A stretch of 64,000 nt of DNA from Takakia lepidozioides (Eukaryota; Plantae; Bryophyta): the NCBI GenBank assembly GCA_030704615.1, contig CM060731.1:70308001-70372000 (forward strand). Reading direction: 5' to 3'. The notes below the pieces were generated by a model, which saw nothing but the letters and a program-made list of their open reading frames with translations, was not told the origin of the DNA and searched no databases. Numbering within the stretch: the first letter of the stretch is position 1; each line of letters opens with the position of its first letter. The position numbers and the translations under genes were made by a program. Below are positions 49,701 through 63,070 of this stretch, piece after piece.

Positions 49701-52700
49701 AACATTCTAGGTTTTGGGGGAGTACACAAGACACAATCACATTCATCACTTCACAGATTCTGTGTAGATACAGTGAAAGTTGTAGCTTTGGTCAAGTAGC
49801 ATTCGGTCAATTGGCATCCATAGTATCTTGCATTCAGGGATCTATTTGATTAGTACAGGGTGGGAGGCAACGCAAGCTGCATTTGTACCTTGTACTGCAG
49901 ATACTCCCAGGTATACTAACAAAATGTCGTGTTTGTCATTCCGAGTCCAAACCGCATGCGCATATGATATGAGCAACAGATTTCTTTGGGAGTGATGTTT
50001 AATTGAGCTGGTACGCTGTACTGGTGGGATAGGGGCCTGAATGTGGGGTTTTGTCCAGTTTCAAGGCTTCAACTGGGAAAGCTGGAGAAGAAATTGGTGG
50101 TTGGAGCTTACACCGAAGGCAGCAGATCTTTCGCAGTGTGGAATTACTACAATTTGGTTGCCCCCTCCTACCCAATCTGTTGCTCCTCAAGGTACAGCCA
50201 CTAGTGGGCTGGTTTTTTCTTATGTATTCCAATTTCTCACACTTGGTCAGCATTCACTGTCTGACAGCATTAGGTATGTGTCAACAGTTTAGTTGAGTCT
50301 GTCATTTTTGACAAGTGTGGTTGTTAGACAATGTAGTTGGCGGAACACCATTTGCTGAATCTGAAAGATCACTGAAGAACATGTCCAAAGGATTGGTGCA
50401 GGTTACATGCCAGGGGATCTGTACAATTTGGACTCAGCATATGGCACAAAGGATGAGTTAAAGCAGTGCATTGAGGAGATGCACAACCATGACCTCCTGG
50501 TAAGTTGAGCTACATTCGAATAATATTATGCTTTTGGGCATATTAATTTCCTTGTTCTAGCAGCTTACTTGGACAAGGCACCCCATCTTCAGCATTGCGT
50601 GGGATTTTTCAACACTTCCTTTCAGTTTTCTCTCTCTCTTGCACTGCTTTTTCCTCAAGAGCCTGACTGACTGTGCAAACACAGCTACATGTACCACATC
50701 TTTTGCAAGTGGGCTCAACCTCATGCTGTCAAGAAAGATGTCAAGGCCAGCTCATAAATCACTGGCATGCTACTTAAAATTATATTCATATTTGTTTTGG
50801 ATTGGGTCTATGGCTGCAAGGCCACTGCAAGCATTGGTTCGTGACACACCTCCTTCTCTTGCACACAGACAAAACCTTGAGTAAGAGATCTCTTGGATTT
50901 ATGCACGTCAACCAAGTTCCTGGACTCAAACAGGTGAGTCCTAGCCTCTGACAGCAAGGTATGATTGTGCAGGTTCTGGGAGATGCTGTTCTCAACCACC
51001 GCTGTGCTCAGAAGCAGGTAATTTCTTGCAATATTTCTGAAGAACCTTCTGGAGATAGCAAGAGTCCGTCTCAACGGATTCAAACGATTTTAGAATCAGA
51101 CAGTATCTTGTACTCCAGTCCAGTTTCCAGCATTCCAGTATTCAAGTCGAATTTCAAGACAGAAGGATGGGAAGTACGTCTTAATGGTAACATTATTTAA
51201 GATTCTGCCTTATCGTCATTCGAATAAGCAACGATTATGTCTTCCATTCTTCTGGACTGGGATAAAATCTAATGCATGGACTATTTGACACTGCATGTCT
51301 GGGCTCAATGCTGATATTCTGTGCCTGGTGTGGATCGTAGGGCCCAAGTGGTGTGTGGAATGTGTTTGGAGGCAAACTGGCTTGGGGTCCTGAGGCAATC
51401 GTGAAAGATGACCCTAACTTCCAAGGGCGTGGCAATCTATCAAGTGGTAAGTCCAGTTTTCTCCACCTGGCATAGCGTGATGTCACATAAACATCTGACA
51501 TGAATCGATGCATCGTCAGGTTCACTAGATACCTTCTCATGAAATATTTTTTTCACCATGGGGAGGGACGTGTAGTCAGCCTATGAAAGATCAATTCGGT
51601 TCTGTGAACCCCAGTGATGTCCGTTGCAGGGCTCCAAGTTGCATTATCATGCCTTGGACTTTACAAGCAGGTTGGCTTGCAGATAAGCTGCAGGCTTTGT
51701 TAGATCCCGTGGAGGTTGATGACCCAATACCAAATCTTCAATGTTGATCTGTATGCATATCTCCGTACAATAAAGAATTAAGAATCTGTGTCACGTTTGC
51801 AGGGGATATTTTCCATGCAGCACCCAACATTGATCACTCCCAGGATTATGTTCGGAAAGACATAATAGAGTGGCTGAGATGGTTACAGACTGATTTTGGC
51901 TTTGACGGGTGGCGTCTAGACTTTGTCAGGTCTGCTGCCTTCACGAGTTAGCAACCAGGTTTTGACTTAAGACCGGGTAGGACAATAGCATGAAGGAAAG
52001 TGTGTAAGCACTGGATTGATTAATACATGCAACCTAGTGGTCGTATCCACTAGGTCTATCCACTGGAGTTTTCTCTAGGGAGTCACTGGTGAGCCGTTGT
52101 ACTGTAGGCCTCGGCCATTAAGCCCTATCAAGTCACATCTGCATGTGACCACTCTAGAATGCATGGCATCAGATATCAGATATCCAGTCTTTTGTATGCA
52201 TTTACAGGACCTGTCTTGGTTGTTGCCTCGCAAGAAAGATGTAAGCAAATTTTCCTCTGGAACAGGGGCTTCTGGGGTGGATATGTGAAGGAGTATATTG
52301 AGGCCACCAACCCTGCATTTGCGATCGGCGAATACTGGGACAGCCTGTCCTATGAGGGTGGGATGTTGAGCTACAATCAAGGTCCGAACTGATTTTTGTG
52401 GTTATTTATTAATTGTTCCACCATTGTCTTTTCGTTTTTCCAGTGATGTGGAAGAACTAGGGCTTGTACATCATCAGAACAATGTGAAATGGTTTGATAA
52501 GAAAGTATATAGCTTCTCATCAAATGCACACGCTCACACATGAGATGAAGAGGGAGGCTCCTGCCGAAGGAGGGGTAACTTATGGTGTCACTTCAACCCG
52601 AAGGGCTACTGCCTTCCATTGGAAGGTGGACAACTGTAACCGGGGCAATGCGGTTGCCTAAAAGGTATCCGGTTGACCCAGTTACTTCCCTTTTATAGGT

Positions 52701-54219
52701 GGGTTGGCTATAATGGGTGGTATACAGCATACACCTATGTAGCTTTGAACCCACGACCACTCGTAAGGCGGCCTTGTGCCGTAACCACTGGGCCATCTGC
52801 TGGATGCTTCATATGAGATGATATAATGCAACCGACCTTGCTTTAGGTTGGAGGCTACTCCGTTGCCAATCAAGATCTACTAGTATTTGTTGAGGCAGAC
52901 TCTGAACTGACGACGTCAAGTGCATACTGAGGTCCAGGGGTCTACCTACCATTCTCTTGAGCAGGGACTAAAATAGAGGTTGGGTGCAGATTCTCACCGA
53001 CAGCGCATTATCAATTGGATCAATGCAACTGGTGGCACATCATCAGCATTTGATGTAACAACCAAGGTAGAAATTTGAAGATGCCTTCATGAATATACCA
53101 AGTTAGGGTGGAAGAACTGTTCGATGTTTAACAGCTACAAAGTACAATTGTTTTGGTCACTCTATCAACTAAAGAATCATCCAATCATGTTTGGTTTTGT
53201 AATTGTAGCTGCAGAACGAGTGATGTAAGCTAAGTAGATAGATTGAGTGCCTTTTGCAGGGCATATTGCACTCAGCTCTACATGGTGAATTTTGGAGGTT
53301 GATTGATCCTCGAGGCAAACCCCCAGGGGTCATGGGATGGTGGCCTTCCCGAGCAGTCACCTTTCTAGAGAATCATGACACTGGCTCCACACAGGTGCTC
53401 TTTCTCTTTTTCTCTCCCCCCTCCTCCCCCCAACCCCTGTGCGCCAGGTGAGCAAGGGGATACACCACAGATCTATTTCCCTCCCACACAATTTCATTTC
53501 TCGTACACTCCACCTGTGGAATGAGTTAAGTTCTCAAGGTTACTGCAAGTTTCTAAGTGAGAGACAGTATTATGATTGATAACACCGGAACTCACCAAGG
53601 ATTCATATGTTTCCCTTGCTTGCTCTCCAGGGACACTGGCCATTTCCCCGTGATAAGGTGATGATGGGTTATGCTTACATACTAACTCACCCGGGGACGG
53701 TAAGTGGCACTATGTCTGACAAGGCTCATTTGAACCTTCAATTGATGAGAGTGAGCTGATAGTACTTGATCATGACTGTTTAACTTGTGTTTACTATCAT
53801 TGAACTGCATCGTTGACTTGGATTGCTGGGCTTTCTGCTTTGATTTCTGTCTTCTAAAGGTCCTTGTATTAACGCCATGATTTTGTTTCTGTTTGTTATT
53901 GGTTGGACAGCCTGTGATTTTTTACGACCATTTCTACAATTTTGGTCTGCATGATCCAATTGCAGAGCTCATTGGTGTTAGAAGACGTACTGGGGTTAAC
54001 TGCCGCAGCTCGGTCAAGATTTTTCAAGCCACCTTTGATGGCTATGTTGCTCATGTTGGAGAAAACCTGGTCATGAAAATTGGGCACATCGATTGGAATC
54101 CATCCAAGCAAGATGATTTGGTAGGTAGCTGGGAACGGAGTGTGGACAAAGGTTCAGAGTATCAGGTCTGGGAGAGGATGATTACTTCTGTGTGCATGCA
54201 ATCAAGAGGACAGGTCTGA
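46790..54219 (+). CDS. Alpha-amylase (GH13) with predicted plastid transit peptide and N-terminal coiled coil, 15 coding exons
   Basis: Exons 46790-46792 (ATG only), 47739-47908, 48025-48106, 48206-48899, 49110-49141, 50059-50191, 50402-50499, 50973-51017, 51341-51446, 51803-51929, 52266-52381, 52990-53066, 53260-53394, 53631-53699, 53911-54219. Motifs [49 protein letters not shown]; LRTSFLG in the transit-like region. Confidence 0.93.
52510..52810 (-). mobile_element. tRNA-derived SINE, longest copy, in an amylase intron
   Basis: Reverse complement has TGGCCCAGTGG (A box) and GGTTCAAAGC (B-box-like); related to the 13460 and 37118 copies. Confidence 0.6.
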
Positions 54220-55749
54220 ACTTCTATCTGCTGCTTGGAAGGGGTGAGAAAAAGGACCAAGTGAGTTCAAAGTTCAAAGGACATAATATTGATGGCCCCA
54301 TTATTGTCCATCTCCATCTAATCAGGAAAATGACCCTTGGGCGGCGTCCCCTCGAGCCCTGTGCTCGGCGCCTCATGGTGAGGTTACTATGAAAGAGGTC
54401 ATTTTCTCCTCTCACTAAGGGACCTGATTTGTGAGCAGTCACTCCAGGTGTCTACCTTTTCTTTGTTTAAAAAGCCAAAAACCAAATCAGGAAAATACCC
54501 CTTGATTAGTACGGTGTGTTGGATTGAGTATGAAAACCAGTTTGAATTGTAAAATATGAGCACTGCTGTTCTTTTGCACTATTTCAAGCAAATGTAAACA
54601 TGCGCCCATTGCATGATTTAGAGCAGCTTGTTCTCCTGATGGTGTCTCTATTTTGTCTGCGTAGTTTCCTTCATTTCATAGCCATTGCTTAAGCTATGCC
54701 ACTTCCTTGGTTGTTGTCGCTTCTGCATTTTGGACTGGTCCTGCTGTACTGCTGACCGGTGATCTGCAGTCAGGTATGCATGTACTCCCAAATCTTTCTT
54801 AATATATCATACACAGTAGCAGAGTGGTGTTTCTCTCAATTTCTCAAAGCACGAAAGTGTTCTGGAGACAATCAATAAATGTGGTCTGCTATTAATTTAT
54901 GGACCAGTAGTAGCTGTGTTCTTTTACTTGCCTTTTCAGTTGGCCTAAATGAGCATGGAAACCACATAAACATGTGCAATTTAATCCATACTAGTGTTTA
55001 GATTGACAAATGTTAGCGCATAATGTTAGTTGCAAACACTCGTTCCTCTATCCCTGCTCCTTTTTCCTTGCTATTCTTCCTCGCCTCTTTTCTCTACGCC
55101 ATAGCTAAACAGCAGGTCATGTGGAGAACTCTGGGAGATGGTAGTTGGGTAAACTTCTGGGCATGTATTCTTTTCCAACAAGATGGCTTCTCAGGTGTTG
55201 TAGAACGACAACAAGAGGGCTTTTCAATATTACTATACAAACACCCTCAGTTTCTCCTGCTCTCCCATCTTATTTTACTTATCGACTGCTGCACAGATCC
55301 CATGCAAAGAGTTTCAAACGAAAAGGGCAAAGTGGATTGAGGTGGCCCATTGTATAAGCCTTAAGAAACGATTGATTAGTGCAAACTCCAATCTGAGGGG
55401 GGTTACATGGATGGAATCAATAAAAATTTGTGAAAACCTTCCTGACACATTGGGACCGTTCCATTTTTTAAGCAACAAATCCAATTTTTTCTTATCCAAA
55501 AAATTTAAAAACTTAGGAGATCTAGGCTTGCCTAACATCACGAGATATACGTACTCTCATGGAAATTGGGTTCAATTGGATTAGCCTGTTAGGAATTTCA
55601 ATAGGATTTGTGATTTTGTTTTCCTATTCTGCAAAGGTTGCAAAATATTTTCATGCTCACAGAAAGGTTATAAGATTCCACTTCTTACTGAAATAAAGTG
55701 TAAGTTACACGAGGGCCATGCCATAATATTTACATGAGGTGCTTCCATA

Positions 55750-58700
55750 TAATTAATACTAGCACTAAATTGCAAATCAGCCATGTTTTAACATTTTTAC
55801 ATCTTTATTTGATGATTTATGGAATTTCATTTGTTTATTAATCGTTTCTTTCACAAAATTCAGAGATGGAATAATTGGAGTTTCATTAATTTTGGTTTCT
55901 AGCAAAATAAAAAAAATAAAGGAAACCTGAGAGCGAGCAATTATATTATCAAAATTTGTCAGTATATTGGACGTGCTTACTTTTATATTGGAATTGGAAG
56001 TTACTATTTGATACTCTACATTGTATTGTTTGTTTACTTTCACAGTAGGAAGAAGGCTTAATTTCTCTTTTTTTGAAATGTTGGGCATGCCTTGAAATTT
56101 GAGAAATTGTCAAATTTAATTCACTACTAGGGTAGCCTGTGCCGTTGGCCCAAGTGTCCAGTGTCATCTAAGTCCAAGTGCAATCCCCTATGTATCTAGA
56201 GACCCTCCTGTTTGGGAGATCTAGGCCTAGGGTAGCCTGCGCCATTGGCCCATGTGTTAAGAATTGAAATCTAAGTCCAAGTGCAATCCCCTATGTATTC
56301 AAGTAGCGTCTCCTATGTCATGGCCCATGTGTGAAGAATTGAAATCTAAGCCCAAGTGCAATTTCTTATGTATCCAAGTGGGTCTCCTATGTCGATGCCC
56401 AAGAGCGACCTCTAAGCCCAAGTGCAATCTTCTATTCATGTATCCAAGTGCATCTCCCATGTACAGGCCCAAGTGTCCAATGTCATCTAAGTCCAAATGC
56501 AATCCCATATCTAATCTTTTTCTTCTTTTTTTCCAGAGAGCCTAGACCAGATTTGATGCAATCCCCTATGCATCCAACGTTGGCGTCTCCTATGTCGAGG
56601 CCCATCTAAGTCCAAGTGCAATCCCCTATGTTCCAAAGTGCGTCTCTATGTCGAAATGCAACCTCTAGGGTAGCCTTTGTCGTTGGCCCAAGTGTCCAGT
56701 GTCATCTAAGTCCAAGTGCAATCCCCTATGTATCCAAGTGCGTCTCCTATGTCGAGGCCCAAATGCAACATCTAGGGTAGCATGCATGTGCCGTTGGCCT
56801 AAGTGTCTACTATCATCTAAGCCCAAGTGTTAAGATCTTCTATATATCCCAGCGCGCCTCCTATGTCAAGGCCCAAGTGCGACCTCTAGTGTAGCCTATG
56901 TCGTTGGCCAGTGTGTGAAGAATTGAAATCTAAGACCAAGTGTAATTTCCTATGTAACGTCCCAAATGCATCTCCTATGTCGAGGCCCATCTAAGCCCAA
57001 GTGCAATCTTCTATTCATGTATCCAAGTGCATCTCCCATGTAATTTTTTTCCATGGATTTATTGAGTAGTAATATATCCAATCATTATTGATATATCTAG
57101 GGTAGCCTGTGCCGTTGGCCCAAGTGTCCACTGTCATCTAAGTCCAAGTGTAAACCCCTATGTATCAAAGTGTGTCTCCTATGTGGAGGCCCAAATGCAA
57201 CCTCTAGGGTAGCCTTTGCCGTTGGCCCAAGTGTCCAATGTCATCTAAGTCAGTTTTTTTCCAGAGAGCCTACGACCAGATTTGAACCGGAGACCTTTCC
57301 CTTGATATCTCTCCTGTCGAGGCTCCAAGCATTGTCGAGGAATGCTCACTTTGCCATTTTTGCTATTTTTTGTGAATTTCCAGCGACCAAAAGGACTTGG
57401 AATTTCACATCTCCCACACCGCAGGTCCAAAAATCGTGAGACCAAGCCCGTGCACCCCTCCTGTCGAGGGCTTTCCAACGGTATCAAGCACCAGGGATGG
57501 GGCCTTGCGGTTCGGGCGTGACAAAACAAAACAAAACAAATTGTCTTAATTCATATATTGACTAGGGTAGCCTGTGCCCTTGGCCCAAGTGTCTAGTATC
57601 ATCTAAGTCCAAGTGCAATCCCCTATGTATCCAAGTGCCTCTCCTATGTCAAGGCCCACATGCGACCTCTAGGGTAGCCTATGCTGTTGGCCCAAGTGTC
57701 CAATGTCATCAAAGCCCAAGTGTAGTGTAAGATCTTTTATGTATCCAAATGTGTCCTATGTCGAGGCCAAGTGCGATCTCTAGTGTAGCCTATGCGTTTG
57801 CCCCATGTGAAGAATTGAAATCGAAGACCAAGTGTACTTTCCTATGTATCCAAGTGCAATCTTCTATTCATGTATCCAAGTGCATCTCCTATGTAGAGCC
57901 CCAATTGTCTGTCTACTGTCATCTAAGCCGAAGTCCAATCTCCTATGTATCTAGTGCAATTTCCTATGTATCCAAGTGCATCTCCTATGTCGAGGCCCAA
58001 GTGCAACCTCTAGGCCCTAGGATAGCATGTGTCGTGGGCCCAAGTGTCCATCTAAGTCATTCAAGTCTAATTAGTTTTTTTCCACAGAGCCTACGACCAA
58101 ATTTGAACCAGAGACCTTTCCCTTGATATCTCTCCCCTTGAGGCTCCAACCATTGTCCCAAGACTGCCCACTTTGCCATTTTTGCTATTTTTTGTGAATT
58201 TCCAGCGACCCAAAGTACTTGGAATTCCGTATCTCCCACACCGCAGGTCAAAAAATCATGAGACCAAGCCGGTGCACCCTCCTCGTCAAGGGCTTTCCAA
58301 CAGTACCAAGCACCAGCGCCGAGCCCTCGCGGTTTGAGACATCTCAACGCTACAAAACAAAACAAACAAACTGGCTTCTTTCATATATTGATATTTCTGT
58401 TTAAATAAATTAGCAACATGTACAAGTGTTGATTTAGGGTTATTATGCATCAAATTTACTAATGAAGAATCCAAATCTTTTTTCCTAAAAAATCGGATGT
58501 TGGTTTTATTTTTATTTGCATGCACATTTGATGTCATTTCCGCCTTTAGTTCTTCTAATGTTTTATTTAGATTAGAAAATTTTGCATGGTTGTATTCATC
58601 AACATATCCACAATCATTTGTAGTGTCAGTTTTACAATGAATAATTTTATTTGTGATAATTTCTACTTTTGGCCTTTAATAACACGTCATTTGAAAAAAT
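55750..58700 (-). mobile_element. AT-rich transposase-like ORF remnant split by the Helitron
   Basis: Removing 56127-58391 restores one frame: NNPKSTLVHVANLFKQKY-SELNLTISQISRHAQHF (HTH-like). Family unknown. Confidence 0.5.
56127..58391 (-). mobile_element. Non-autonomous Helitron, head-to-tail dimer with internal arrays of ~107-bp 3'-end repeats
   Basis: Minus strand: A|TCAATATATG at 58391; hairpin cttgggccaacggcacagg then CTAG|T at 56127; CTAG|TCAATATATG junction at 57562/57561; no TSD; 57250-57561 duplicates 58070-58391. Confidence 0.8.
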
Positions 58701-60529
58701 AACACCGCATATATTGTTGTTATCTTTTTGAATTGATTCAACGACTATTGCCATTCTTAAATTTCTGATTACCCTTCACTTCATAGATATTATTTCAGAG
58801 TTTATGTTGAATGTGTCTCCATTCAAAATTAGAGCGTTTGTTGTGGTCGTTCATGCTTTGAGTGGTCCTAGAAATAAAAGTCATTACGAATTGTTGGTTG
58901 CTGATGGATCTGAAGATACCACAGGATCAAGTATTCTCACAACAACGCAGAGCTCGATTATTTTAACTAAATAATATGTACGTTTTTAATTAAACGTTTA
59001 TTCATTCTTGACATAAGGTGAGTCTCATGTTTCGAACTTTGATTTCTTGCCCAATAGAAAATTGGAAATCTTGACATAGTTTCCAGGACACTAATTCGGG
59101 TTCCCATTTTGTAGAATAAAGAAAATTTTGTCTATTTTTAATGGTAAACTAATATTACATATTATTTATAGTTTGAAATACAATGTTACAAACGTGAAAT
59201 TCTTAACTAACATATTCAGAATCTAAATTAAAATCTTCAACCCAAATTTTGCCGTAGTTTGTCACCAAAGTATCATAAATTGATCCATCAAAATTGTCAC
59301 CAAAATTACACCAAAATTATCACAAAAAATAAATAATCCGCCTATACATGAAATAATAAACGGTTGGTAAAAAATACTTTAGACAATATTGAAGCCAAGC
59401 ACACTAAAGAGAAAACAAGGAACTTTGTTCACCGAGCTCACTGCAACTCTCGAGCTCACCGAGTTCAACCAAGTTCACGAGTCTCCACAAACGGTTTGAA
59501 AGCATAGATGATGTATGATAACAACACAACTCAGTAGAAGAACTAAGACTCAGCTGTCAACTTTCTTTTACATCCAACACTTTATTAGGTACCTCTATTT
59601 TCACCTATTGGATATAATGGTTTTAACATTAATGAAGCAGTGCTAAAGATGGGTGGTGGTTGATTTAGTATTTCATCCTAGGTGGGTGGTGCTGAGATTG
59701 ACCATGGATTGAGAAAACCAATGATATACCGGGCAAGGCTAATGAGGGCCTGTGGATTAATAAATCCAATTATCTTAATTGGTAAAGCACTGTTTAAGGT
59801 AACCAAGATGATATATTCAACAGGGATACAATATTGGTATTGATATTGATGGAAGGAGAGGTGTTAACCCTCCATTGAACCTTTTATCCATATTTATGGG
59901 CCACAATGTATAGGCGGAGATTTGAACCCACAACCTCCTAAAGTCTAAGATGAACTACATATTTCAAATCCAAAAAACATTTTAGCTTTGGACTAACCTC
60001 TAATCTTAAGCTCCAAGCTACTTTCAGCCTTAAGGTACTTGTAAACCAAGTGTCAAGTTAAATAAGCACAGTGTGAAAACAGCTAGCATAAAACTAGTTA
60101 TTTGTATTTAACACTTGGATTTAGGTCAAGTGTTAAATCAGGTGTCAAGTTTAGTTTGACACCTGGTCCGTCTTATCTTCACGAGAGCGGCAGTCGCGCA
60201 GCTCATCTCTCTCGAGTTGAGCCTGCGCGACCGAGCTCCTGCATGTGTTTAGGTTTTAGTGTGCTTATGTAGGGATACAGGTTGTTGTGGGGTGGAGTCC
60301 CCATAGCTTGGGGTGCCCCTGGCTCGACTTCAGTTTCAATGAGTGATAGCGATGGATTTTATATTTTTTGTGTTGGGAGTGTATGTCCTTTCAAGCTTCA
60401 TTATCACTCGAGAGAGATCATCTCTTACCTGTGAGTGCAAGGTAGGAGTTGTGGGTTAGCACTTGCAAGATTACATGTGTGTAAGTAGTGCTTAGTTTGA
60501 GAAGCATATCATTGAATGTGATCACAAGA

Positions 60530-60890
60530 TTCAGCGTGCCCTGAAACGCCTGGAGGATGACGATGCCGGAGCCGCCACTGTTATTGCAGTCGCTAAAGCT
60601 ACCAAGTCACCAGAGGCTTTGGAGTACACGAGGAGAGACTTAAAAATGCAGCAGCAAATGCTAGTTGGCACCTATGCGTGATCCTTGAAGCTGGATGATT
60701 GTTTCCCCAGTAAGCTTATAGAGAAGCTCTACCGTGCAGCATGGAGCAGCGCTGGCAAGCGGTGAACGCTGATACCTGCACTCTTGCAGTCTTGGAGTCC
60801 AAGCTAGGACACAGGGAATATGACCGGTCAACAACCAAGGTGCTGCATTTGATCAACAATCCTGAAGCGGAGGGAGCCCAGGCCACGGAC
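60530..60890 (+). pseudogene. MAD1: MAD1 (spindle checkpoint) gene fragment
   Basis: 60783-60872 encodes LAVLESKLGHREYDRSTTKVLHLINNPEAE, a characteristic MAD1 motif; flanked by stops and frameshifts. Confidence 0.65.
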
Positions 60891-61369
60891 TAGCTCGTCT
60901 CGTCTTACCCTGGGAGTGCAAAGGATGAATATGTGAAGATTCTTTGGCAGATCAGAGCAGGGCGGAGCTCGTTGCGTTGACTGGCTAGCCGTTATATGGT
61001 CGACAGTCGCTTAAGCTGCAGGGTTACGTTGCCGGGTGATCGATATTGTTTCCAGGTCTTCATTTGGTGAGCATGCCGGGAGCGTGGAGGTGTGAGGAGT
61101 GGCAGGGCTTTCATCAGTTGCATCTTTCTCAGCTGCTGTGTGTTTCACTAGTTGAACATCTTCGAAGCTGAATTACGGCTTAATTGGAAACCCGTACCCT
61201 GCTACTTCTGCCTATCGAGGTTATGGTGGGGGTGGATCAGGGGGGCAGGTGTTCCAGCTCCAGTTGTGTGCATATGTAACCTACCTCCCCGTAATCTCTT
61301 TTAATTCTCCTCTAGAAGAGGTTACTTACTTGGACTGACAGGACCTGGATCAGTCTGGAAGAAAGTTTG

Positions 61370-61587
61370 ACCTGCGAATAACGTCCGTCCTTGTGATCCT
61401 TCTTCCTGTTCAAGAACCAGTCAGGTATCTTGAACTGCCGGGGATTCGCGACAATCACCATCAAGTTCTCCAGCTCCGCACCCGACAGCTCACCAGCTCT
61501 CTTGCTGGTGTCGACGTCCGCCTTCTTGCAGACCAGGTTAGCGAAACGGCGCCCCACTCCCTTGATGGAGGTCAAAGCAAACATGAT
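61370..61587 (-). pseudogene. RPS18: 40S ribosomal protein S18 exon fragment
   Basis: [24 protein letters not shown]...[19 protein letters not shown] then a GT donor; N-terminal part and downstream exons not found. Confidence 0.88.
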
Positions 61588-62341
61588 CGCTACCTGAATT
61601 GAGATAGTGCCTTGCCCTATCGGAGTATGCAGACCTATGCTCCAAGCTTCAACTAAATGACGAAGCTGATCTGGTTACTCTCTACTTTGTGGATAGTCCA
61701 ACACAGTTGCCTTTGTCAATAAGCTCCTTCACCACTTCCACATTTGACACTAGGTCCGAAGATTGTCTGAAGAGAGAGCAAGTGCAGATGGCAGCTGCCC
61801 ACCAGGTTCTGACAGAGTATCATCAGGGCTTGTCCCTGCATTAGGGATGGCTCGAGTGCTTGCATCACGGGAAACAGATGCCTGACGCTGCACAGGCCAT
61901 CACCATCGCCATAGCCATACACCCGAGCTCGAGAGTCGTCGCTGGAGCAAAGCAGCTCACTAAGCGAGCAAGTCTGTGGTGCACCTGTAACCACAAATGA
62001 AACCTGGGAACGGTTCTTAATGGCGGGAACGTTTTGGTGTTAAAAAAAAAAAAAAAAAAAAACTTTGATATAATTTAAATGATTTAGAGCCTGGTTGGTC
62101 ATAACTTTGTCAAATGGACTCCGTTTGACTCAGTTTTTGGGTGGATAGCTGCAGAAAGGGGAAATCTACATATCTACATCTGATTTTTGTTTTGGGGACT
62201 CTGCTAAAAATCTGTGGAATTTTTAGAGTGTGAGTGTGCTATAAAAGATCCACAATTCTGTGTCCAGAATCTGTTGTGGTCTACATGAGACATAAATCTG
62301 TGGATGTACTCCTTGCATGGCTGGGGGAAATGAGGACGTAA

Positions 62342-63070
62342 TTGAAGGGAGGGCAGGTCTCTTCTCTTAGCCTGTGCACACAAGGGGACAGGATTTATGT
62401 TTCCCAAGGAACTCAGACTGATTTGAGTGGAGAACAGTTGGACGAGTTGATTGCATACTGGGAGTCAGGCATTAGCAATAGACAACAGACTGCTGTAGTT
62501 GGCATTGAGGGCCTCAATATCGCCTTGGACAGTCAGAACTCTGTTGGAGCCAGCAGTTCTGCAGCTGTAGGTGAAATACCAAAGTGGGTGAAAGCTAGGC
62601 TTGGAACACAGCCAAAGACAGCCCCGGGGACCAAGGTGTTCAGCCACAAGGCCGTGGTGTACTGGAGCAGAGGAGTAGGAGCTGCACAAGTTTGTGCAAT
62701 TAGACAGTGTTGCAGTCGGACACGCTCTGCACAAGGCAACCACGAGCGGGGGTTCATTAGCGAGGACAAGTTTGTTCTGTTTGAAGGCGATGCAGTCATT
62801 CGCAATGAAGACACCCGCAACCGTCTCAAAGCTTTCGAGTTGAGAGACTATCAGACCCTACCTTTGTTTTCTTTAGTGTTCAGTGAGCGGGAGATAGCAG
62901 AGTGTTGCTTTGTCTCTACCTGGCAGAAAGAGGAGGAGGGTTGGTTAGAGCGAGCTACTGTAGCTTGGGACAAGGTTAGTGGCAGGTTTCTGGACATAGA
63001 TATACCTCCTACACCTTACCATCAAGCAGAGCGAGGCACTTTGAGAGAAGTCTGGAAGTTGATAGCATAG
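62342..63070 (+). CDS. 242-codon intronless ORF upstream of gag, unknown function, probably element-encoded
   Basis: Long open frame on the same strand ~500 bp before the gag-like ORF; no domain recognised; non-ATG start in the ORF track. Confidence 0.35.
   Translation: MKGGQVSSLSLCTQGDRIYVSQGTQTDLSGEQLDELIAYWESGISNRQQTAVVGIEGLNIALDSQNSVGASSSAAVGEIPKWVKARLGTQPKTAPGTKVFSHKAVVYWSRGVGAAQVCAIRQCCSRTRSAQGNHERGFISEDKFVLFEGDAVIRNEDTRNRLKAFELRDYQTLPLFSLVFSEREIAECCFVSTWQKEEEGWLERATVAWDKVSGRFLDIDIPPTPYHQAERGTLREVWKLIA

Noticed and set aside
52720-52810. Functional tRNA gene
   Set aside because: A/B boxes present but no convincing cloverleaf; shares non-tRNA tail sequence with other dispersed copies.
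56127-58060. CRISPR array or coding repeats (ORFs 56264, 57749)
   Set aside because: Degenerate tandem units of Helitron ends; the ORFs are incidental translations of the repeat.
61312-61584. Complete RPS18 gene
   Set aside because: Lacks the N-terminal ~25 residues and downstream exons.
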